The notes beneath the pieces were generated by a model. The model did no database searches, was not told where the DNA came from, and saw only the letters and a program-made list of their open reading frames with translations. This document shows positions 1-7,284 of a stretch of DNA of 12,936 nucleotides, in pieces (within the stretch, counting starts at the first letter, position 1; each line of letters starts with the position of its first letter). Where the stretch lies: assembly GCA_043228905.1 (NCBI GenBank), contig JBHGNT010001013.1, positions 1-12,936 on the forward strand. The letters are read 5' to 3'. The DNA is from Azolla caroliniana (lineage: Eukaryota; Plantae; Polypodiophyta). Both the position numbers and the translations under genes were made by a program.

Positions 1-104
1 AACCCGGCTGCTCCGGCTACTTTATTAGGTCGTCGCCATACGGATGATGTTCGACTGCCGTCTTGTCCGGCCGCCTTCCGGTCATTTCGGCTCTCCGGCT
101 CCTG

Positions 105-218
105 TCCAGCCACTCTCGGCCTATCCGACCGCTCCAACTGTTGTCCATCCACTCCAGTCACTTCGGTTGCTATCCGGTCACTCCGGCCACTCTCGCCCGC
201 TATCCAGCCATTCCGGCC
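105..218. repeat. Degenerate ~29-30 bp repeats in the leader of A
   Basis: cactccagtcacttcggttgctatccggt (150-178), cactccggccactctcgcccgctatccagc (179-208), a partial copy at 209-218 and a related copy at 105-129. Confidence 0.6.
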
Positions 219-786
219 TTTGTCCTTATGTTTTCGTCAGTTGTTTTTGGCGTTTCTTTCACTTTCTTCATTGCCTTCTCCATCTTTGTTCCATCTTTGT
301 GGGCCCTGTCTGACGAGTCTCTGGTCGTTTGTCCGATTCATGTCTGTCGAATCTCGTCCAACCATCGATGCTTCATTCAAGCGTTGTCTCTATCCAGCCC
401 ATCCATGCCCATTTGGTTTGGTCATCATTCGGCCCTCCGGTCGTTTGTCTTTCTAGCCATGTCTGACCGGACATATGTGGATAGAAATGCACTCTCATCT
501 TTGGAAGATACGGTTTGTGATGGTTGGGTCTCTCTCTCCTTTGCACTTCCATTGCTAACCCATAGATCATAAACTTTTGTTCGTCTTTCTTTTGCGATCA
601 ACTACACGCAAATCGTCAACACCATTTCTCATTCCTCGACTTCGTTTAGTATCTCTTGACCACCATTTGCAACACATCATTGATTTGATTTCTTGCACAT
701 CATCTTTACCATTATCGGACATTTCGTCGTTGTTGTCTCTGCCATGTATTAATCTTCAACTTCGTCTCCAAAGGGGGGTTGCCTTA

Positions 787-796
787 GTGGTCGCCA
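787..796 (-). promoter_or_regulatory. Primer-binding site, tRNA-Arg-like (TGGCGACCAC)
   Basis: Begins with TGG (complement of tRNA CCA) 5 nt inside the LTR end. Resembles the 3' end of plant tRNA-Arg as recalled. Confidence 0.65.
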
Positions 797-801
797 AAAG
801 G

Positions 802-1285
802 TGTTATAGGTTTTAGGGTTAGGGTTAATATTTATGATAATGATGATGATTGATGATAAAGATAGACATTGTGTAATAGTGAAGATGATGAATGGTATGA
901 TGGTGAGAGAGATCGAGATGAAGATGTTGAGAATCATTGAGAAGCATTGTGGGGTGGGGGGTGGTGCCTAGAATGGCTCCACCCCCCTCCCAAGGGGATT
1001 CAACGTTGAGGGGGAGAGAGAGAGAAAGAGAGATGACAAGAGAGAGAGAGAGATTGAGAGAGAAAAATAATCCTTCCTTCCTTCATTCCCCATAAGGGGT
1101 TAAATAGTACAAGAGGGGGTAGATACAAAGGGGTGTAAGCCCCCAAGAGCATTCATACTGGACACTCACTCACACCTCCTCGTATCCATCCACATGCACA
1201 CACGTGTGCATGTGTTCACATACGTATCGACTCACAATTACATTTATGCCCCCTACACACACACACAACAATCATCATGATAACA
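802..1285 (-). repeat. 5' LTR of element A (484 bp)
   Basis: TG...CA ends with a 6-bp inverted repeat. Minus-strand TATA-like CTATTTAA at 1100-1107, followed downstream by a CT-rich tract. PBS is adjacent. Confidence 0.75.
1014..1062. repeat. Imperfect (GA)n microsatellite within LTR A
   Basis: Interrupted gagagaga runs. Confidence 0.8.
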
Positions 1286-1492
1286 TTTGACCCTCGCTCA
1301 TCACATTGACTCTCCGTACATCTCGTACGGGGTAACAATTGTAATCGTTGTTGACATTGTAATCGAATCTTCTATTGCCCTCTCTCTCCCTGTGTTTTTG
1401 TGAATCGCTCTCCATCTTCTTTCTCACGCTCCTTGGTTTAGGGCCCCCGCGGTCCCGCCTCATTCCACACGTGAGAGCGTAATAACACGACA
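1286..1492 (+). repeat. 3' part of the 5' LTR of element B, interrupted by element A
   Basis: Ends ...CACGACA, 4 nt before a tRNA-Trp PBS. No matching TG start is present before the LTR A boundary. Confidence 0.7.
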
Positions 1493-1496
1493 TATT

Positions 1497-1514
1497 TGGT
1501 GAACCCAACGTGAA
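1497..1514 (+). promoter_or_regulatory. Primer-binding site complementary to tRNA-Trp
   Basis: TGGTGAACCCAACGTGAA versus TGGTGAACCCGACGTGAA, the reverse complement of the plant tRNA-Trp 3' end as recalled (1 mismatch). Confidence 0.85.
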
Positions 1515-1537
1515 AGAAGGCGGCAAAGGAGTTGAAG

Positions 1538-2379
1538 ATGAGGGGATCCGAGCTTGCGGAAGCTATGGTAGTAGCCGTCTACCGGCTAGTGAGTGCTCAT
1601 GAGGGAATGGTTGCCCTTGATAGGGCCGTAGAATCGATTGTTGGCACCATAGACTAATTCGGTGGGAAGAATGCCATGAGCTATCTGGAGGGCTATCAGG
1701 CCGAAATGATCATGAGGGACATCCCGGAGGACAAACGACTGTCCGGATTCCATCAAGTGGCGACGCCGAGCATCCACGCGGAGGTGCTCGAGGTGCTGGC
1801 CCGATGCCAGGCTTGGGTGGAGCTCGAGGGGCGGCTCCTCGAGAAGTACGGGTATGACGATTCGCTTCGGCTGTCAAAGTGGAACTTCATGGCTTGGGTT
1901 GAGAGCCCTAGAAAGGGGAGGAACGCGTCGGTGCTCCTCTAGGAATTCGAACAACGATTCGCTAGACTGTTGGTACTGGATCGGACCGTGCTCGACACGA
2001 GCATGGTCTTGTTGTTCGTCAAATCGGTGCACGTGTTGGATCGGGAGAAGGTGACTCTCCTATTGGAGACGGATGACGGCCTCACGGCCGATTGGGCCAT
2101 GGTCAAAGGGGTCTACGCCCGCTTTGACAAGCGGCGCGAGTGGAGCAATGAGAGCTCGACGGCGTCGGAGCCAGTCCCGGCGAGGAAGCTCGAGGAGTCG
2201 GTATCAGTGCCGACTAGGAAGGAAGAGACTCGGAATTGGCTCGAGACAGGCCCAGCCTCGAGTGGAGTGGATGGGGCAGCGATCCAACGTGGTGTACCTC
2301 TAGAATGGGCGGGTGCATGCCGGCGACACGCGGAAAGCCCTAGAGTTGAACACCGGGTGCGGTGGGATGAAGCGCTTGA
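1538..2379 (+). pseudogene. gag: Element B gag, N-terminal part (Gypsy, Phygy/Selgy-like), decayed
   Basis: ATG at 1538 just after the PBS. One frame continues through stops at 1655 and 1940 and joins ORFs 1676-1942 and 1970-. An apparent deletion/frameshift near 2281 leads into SNVVYL*NGRVHAGDTRKALELNTGCGGMKRL. Cut by LTR C at 2380. Confidence 0.7.
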
Positions 2380-2876
2380 TGTCATGATAACACTCACATC
2401 ATACATTGAAAGGATCATGACACTCACATTATGACTCGAAAGGATTTGAACCCACAACCTTGTTATACACATGTCAAATCCTTAACCATTGTATTAATAT
2501 TCTTATATGTATAGTTTTTAGAACATGAAATCTAATATCATAGGAATATTCTATATTACTCTACATTCTAGAATGACCTAGAATATTCTAGAGTGTCCTA
2601 TACCACTAGAACCTTCTAGAATACTCTAGAGATCTTCTAGATTACTCTACATTCTAGGATAACCTAGAATATTCTAGAGTGTTCTCTATTACTTATAAAT
2701 AGGGATCTACCACCCATCCCAAACCTAAATTGGTTCAACGCCATTTTGTAGCCTACTCTTTGTAATCCATTTTACTCTTCAATATAATAATTCTCTTTCA
2801 ATTATCTCTCTATCTCTCTATCTCTCTTTCTCTCTTTCTCTCTCTTTCTCTCTCTTTCTCTCTCTCAGTCTTGACA
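2380..2876 (+). repeat. 5' LTR of element C (497 bp)
   Basis: TGTCATGA...TCTTGACA termini, abrupt shift to AT-rich sequence at 2380, TATAAATA at 2694-2701, CT-rich tract at ~2803-2866. Internal duplications at 2383-2415/2416-2445 and 2555-2596/2641-2682. Confidence 0.9.
2543..2680 (+). promoter_or_regulatory. Cluster of heat-shock-element-like nGAAn/nTTCn motifs upstream of the TATA box
   Basis: Perfect aGAAccTTCtaGAAt at 2608-2622, three GAATATTC copies, and several TTCtaGA units. Confidence 0.55.
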
Positions 2877-2878
2877 GT

Positions 2879-2890
2879 TTGAACCAATTT
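2879..2890 (+). promoter_or_regulatory. Self-priming PBS of element C
   Basis: TTGAACCAATTT lies just after the LTR end and is the exact reverse complement of AAATTGGTTCAA (2727-2738), which starts 25 nt after the TATA box. No TGG-initiated tRNA PBS is present. Confidence 0.85.
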
Positions 2891-2990
2891 CTTCCTTTCA
2901 TCTCTTCGTCTTCCACAAACCCTAACAAATTCTCTTCTTCCTTCTCCTCTCCCCTTGTAAGCTATATAGTCCGAGAGCAAAGAAGAATAC

Positions 2991-4088
2991 ATGCGTGTTC
3001 TTTCTGAGCTCGACATGCTCACGAATAAATTTGTGGCATTAGAGCATGAGAATCAAAGGCTACTTGGAGATCTACAACATGTGAGTGCCAAAAAAGCTCA
3101 ACAATATGAAGAGATATCACAGCGGGTTCATCAACTCGAGGCGACTATATTGTCATTACGAGAGCAAGCGTCAGGGGCTCAGAACTCCCCTAGAGAGCCA
3201 AAGATCAGCCTCCCCGCCAAGTTTGATGGTATGAGGTCTTTATTTCGAGGCTTTTCTAATCAAGTTCGTCAGGTTATTCAGCTACATCCCAATCGATATC
3301 CAACTGATGCTGCTCGTGTGGGATTAGTGGGAACTTTGCTATGCGGTACGACGTTAGCATGGTTCGCACCACTTCTCGAGAAGAAATCACCATTGTTGGA
3401 GGATTTCGAGGCATTTGTTAAAGAGTTTCAAGCTAGTTTCGGAGACATCGACAACACTAGCACAACAATAAACAAGATTCGAAGGCTCCGACAAGGAGAT
3501 CGTCCCGCGTCGGCTTATGCAACCGATTTCCGTCTCTTGGCATGCGATATCCCTTGGGATGAGGTGGCCTTAATGGATCAATTCCGTCAAGGTTTGAGAA
3601 ATGATGTCAAAGATCTTCTTCTTACTTTCCCTGAAGATCCGAAGTTGCTTACAGAAGCCATTAGTCGAGCTGTGCGATGTGATAATCGCGTATTTGAGTG
3701 ACGTTTTGAGCGCCAACAAATGTTATGCCGCCAACCTGAGCAGACTTATGCTTCCGTAGTCGCAACGCCTCCACAAGTTTCTTGACCCATTACAAGGGAT
3801 GACCCAACTCCGATGGAAATAGAGTCAACACAATGTCGTGGGCCGTTATCAGATGCTGAGAAGCAACGACGTCGAGCGCATCGCCTCTGCCTGTATTGTG
3901 GCGGTCCAGGACATATAGCTGTAAATTGTCCACATAAACCTAGGCGTCAAGTATACCAAGTAAGTGCCCATGAAAACCCTACATCGAGTTCTATTGTTAC
4001 TTCTAATAACATAAATAAGCCTCATAGTCCATGCCATGAGAATAGATTCAATGTCTTGAGTCAATTAGAGGATGTGTTAAACGAGTAA
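2991..4088 (+). pseudogene. gag: Element C gag (capsid plus CCHC zinc knuckle)
   Basis: Motifs EPKISLPAKFDG, LRQG..ASAYATDF, FRQGL, PTPMEI and CLYCGGPGHIAVNC. Single frame with premature TGA at 3699 and 3783. Confidence 0.92.
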
Positions 4089-4148
4089 GTCCGGCCAAAA
4101 TAGGAGCCATTTGGCTGGACCATCCTAGCTATGTAGAGTTAGTTCCTA
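4076..4148 (+). promoter_or_regulatory. Putative -1 programmed ribosomal frameshift signal (slippery heptamer plus pseudoknot)
   Basis: G TTA AAC in the gag frame at 4076-4082, a 6-nt spacer, an 11-bp stem (4089-4099/4110-4120), and loop bases 4101-4107 complementary to 4142-4148. pol lies in the -1 frame. Confidence 0.75.
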
Positions 4149-5740
4149 GTCGTGGTTCCATTTCATCAAATCAAGTGAGTTGAGTTTTTTCAGCACAAGT
4201 TGAGCTTACCACATCTACATGTCATCGAGTCCTAGCCTCTGCCCTCCTAGATTCTGGAGCCAACTCTTGTTTCATGGATCGTGAATTTGCCTTGTCACAA
4301 AACATCCTCTTGAATAAGCTTCCCAGTCCATTAGCCATAGGAGTCATTGATGGACGTCCCATAGAATCAGGAGATATAGTCGAGGAGTCCGAGCCAATTA
4401 GGATAGTTCTTGGCGATTTGGCAAGCATAATCTCTTTCAACATTATTCGTAGTCCGGAACACCCAATAGTTCTAGGTCTCCCTTGGTTTGAAATCCATAA
4501 CCCGAAGATTGATTGGATGAAAAGAACAACTGAGGAGACCTAGGGAAAAAGCACAAACCCCGCATCCCTCTCTCCTACATATGATAATAGATCCCTAGAG
4601 TTATCGACCATCTCTTTACGACAATTGTGGGAGGGAGGGGGGAACGAGGCCATGTTCGTCTTCACAATAGTAGCAACTCCATCATCCACTTCACGTGAAG
4701 CGGACATTAAACTACCAGAGAAATACAAGGAGTTTTTAGATGTCTTTGATAAGGTGAAGGCCAATATATTGCCGGAGCATCGACCATACGACTGCCTTAT
4801 TGACTTACAACCAGGGAAAGAACCTCCATGGGGCCCAATTTATAATCTCTCCCCTGTAGAGCTAGAGACTTTGCAGGAATATATTGATGAGAATTTGGCA
4901 AATGGATTCATTCGACATTCTAGATCCCTTGCTAGTGCACCTATCTTCTTCGTTAAGAAGAAGAATGGGACTCTTCGGTTGGTTGTGGATTATTGAGGGC
5001 TAAACAAAGTGACTATCTGGAATAGATATGCTCTACCATTAATCCCGAATCTTTCGGAATGTCTCAGTGGTGCAAAATATTTCACGAAGTTGGACGTTCG
5101 CGGAGCATATAATCTAGTTCAGATTCGCCCGGGGGATGAATGGAAGACAACTTTCCACACTCGCTATGGACATTTTGAGTATACAGTGATGCCATTCGGT
5201 CTCACGAATGCACCTACTGTTTTCCAACATATGGCGAACGATATTTTTCGAGATTTTCTTGATATCTTCATTATAGTTTACCTAGATGATATTTTAATCT
5301 ACTCGAAGACCCAAGAGGAGCATGACGAACATGTTTGTTAGGTACTGCGTCGACTTTGAGAATATGGTTTCTACACAAAATTAGAAAAGTGTAGTTTCGG
5401 TCAGAATCAAGTGGAATTTTTGGGGTATGTTGTATCATCAGATGGTATTGCTATGGACCCCATGAAGGTACAAGAAATTTTAGAGTGGCAAACGCCCCTT
5501 TCAGTGCGTGATGTGCAATGTTTTCTCGGGTTTGCAAATTTTTGTCGAAAATTTATTAAAGATTATTCCAAGGTTGTGCTTCCGCTTACTCAGCTCACAC
5601 ATAAAGATCAACCATTTATATGGAGTTCAGATGCATCCGAGGCATTCGAAAGATTAAAACAAGCATTTACAATGACACCTATCTTAGCACATGTCGACCC
5701 AACAAAACGCTTCATCCTCGAAGCCAATGCATCCGATTTC
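4079..5740 (+). pseudogene. pol: Element C pol: aspartic protease, reverse transcriptase, start of RNase H
   Basis: Motifs [51 protein letters not shown] (5279-5290), FLGFANF and FILEANASDF. One frame with stops at 4181, 4541, 4994, 5339 and 5357. Confidence 0.93.
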
Positions 5741-6768
5741 GGGGGCAATGAGGGCCGGAAGGTGAAAGACTCCGGATTCTGGCCGCTGGTGCTGGAAGGC
5801 ATGTCCGGGGTAAGGCTAAAGAAGGAGGAGGCGGACCGCACGGAACAGCAGATCCGGGAGGTCACCGGATGGGACGATCCGATTGAAGAAAAGACTGGCT
5901 TCGTGGAAGCTGCATGCCAGAACTATGAGGTTCTGGTAGAGGGCAAGCACGCGAGAAGGGTTGGAGGGGCCGGTCCCTCACAGCGGTACGAGACCCGGTT
6001 TGGACCAAAGTAGAACAATGTCGGCAACACTAGGGTGCCGGATAAAACGAAGTGGGCCGGTTACCGGCTGAGCACGGAGATCGAGAGGTCAATGGACTTG
6101 TGGAAGGTCCTCGAGGAGTGGGTTGTTGACAGCAAGGTGGAGCTGTCGCCGAGGGAGGTGCTCGGAATTGCCAAGAAGGAGTTCCACGACTCCATTGTGG
6201 ACTTGGTGAATTGAAAGCGGCTCTCGACAGAATCAGCGCAGGAGAAGCCCGTGGAGGTGTGGACGACGCACCTAGAAAATGCGGCCCTAGAGGATGAGTT
6301 GTGGGACAGCTACTACGCGAAGCCGCATTGGGCCAGAGCCAATACAGAGACCCCTGTTCGGGTTGGGGACATGTAGGAGCCGGTGGTGGCATTGATAGAC
6401 CACGGCTCGGAGATCAACCTGATGTCCATGGACTTCTACAAAAAGGGGAAGTGGCCGATCAACACCAAGCACGGGTGGAAGATACACGCGACGACATGCG
6501 CTACGGAGGAGCTGCATGGTGCGTGTCCGAATGTACGCGTAAAGATCGGTGACGTTGAGATAGATCAACACTTCTTTGTGCAGGAGACCTCCTCGCACCC
6601 GGTGATACTTAGCGAGCCATACATTACGGTGGCACGGATGGAAACGAAGGTGCTTGACAACGGATCGACGTACGCGCACGCGAAGAGCCAGCACGGTCAG
6701 TGCTCCGTTCAATTTTTGACGGTGAGGCCGAATCATGAGTGTAACCATGAGACCCTCGACGATGAGGG
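5741..6768 (+). pseudogene. Element B continued: gag C-terminal region and aspartic protease
   Basis: GC/purine-rich composition like 1538-2379. One frame reads VTGWDDP...VELSPREVLGIAKKEFHDSIVDLV...HWARA...ALIDHGSEINLMS...PVILSEPY, with stops at 6011, 6212 and 6374. Confidence 0.75.
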
Positions 6769-7166
6769 TGTTACTCCTAAGGGCCGGACAATAGCCTAAC
6801 ACAAGGGTGTCTACGGAAGATACTTCACCAAAGGGTGTTACGGTGAGATAGAGTTAGACCGACGATTAATCAGACCTATATTGGTTACTTAAGGAACATA
6901 TCATGAATCTTAATACACGCATAAGATAGGAAGTAATTAGCATAGAACGGTAATCAATACACAGAGATAAGACAATAGAGCTTTTATTAATTATCCGTCC
7001 CCATTTACAATGTAACCGGGCCTTTTTATAGATCACCGGCTCTGCATACAAAAAGGTACCAACCGACACACTACTATGAACCGGTCCGGATCCGGATCGG
7101 CATACCAATTCCGGTCCGTTCGTTCACTTCTCAAAATATACTTAATTACTTAATATCCTAATAACA
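6769..7166 (-). repeat. LTR D (left boundary either 6769 or 6836)
   Basis: TGTTA...TAACA termini, minus-strand CTATAAAAAGG near 7021-7031 and AATAAAAG near 6981-6988, AT-rich compared with both flanks. Confidence 0.6.
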
Positions 7167-7284
7167 ACTTCCGATTATTCTTGCCCTTTCACATTTTGGA
7201 TTGTCCTCCACTCCTTGCCGGCTGGCTAACACATGGCACACCCGTGGGACAGTACCTTGTACTTCGAATCCCACTATCCGGCCT

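Larger units (their letters stand above)
1..1285 (-). mobile_element. Element A: 5' end of an LTR retrotransposon (5' LTR, PBS, long leader), probably non-chromovirus Gypsy (Tat/Ogre-like); continues off the left edge
   Basis: TGTTAT...ATAACA inverted termini at 802 and 1285. On the minus strand the LTR is followed by a 5-nt spacer and TGGCGACCAC. No recognisable protein domain lies in 1-786. Confidence 0.7.
2380..5740 (+). mobile_element. Element C: Ty3/Gypsy chromovirus of the Tf1/sushi/Tcn1-like group, 3'-truncated at the start of RNase H
   Basis: LTR, non-tRNA PBS, sushi/PEG10-like Gag, then PR-RT-RH order. Integrase and 3' LTR are absent. Confidence 0.9.

Noticed and set aside
1-39. Possible gag start of A on the minus strand (ATG GCG ACG ACC TAA TAA AGT...)
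   Set aside because: It would need two repaired stops and only 13 codons are visible, so it cannot be supported without flanking sequence.
811-826. Telomere-like TTTAGGGTTAGGG (and AAACCCTAA at 2917-2925)
   Set aside because: Only one or two units inside retroelement sequence; not a telomere or interstitial array.
44-937. Several ORFs of 60-170 aa on both strands
   Set aside because: No recognisable domains. They lie in the leader and LTR of A and reflect low-complexity composition.
2432-2491. Intact tRNA gene
   Set aside because: No acceptor stem or convincing anticodon arm; kept only as a relic.
2383-2682. Spaced direct repeats superficially like a CRISPR array
   Set aside because: Only two copies of each, inside a eukaryotic LTR, with no cas genes.
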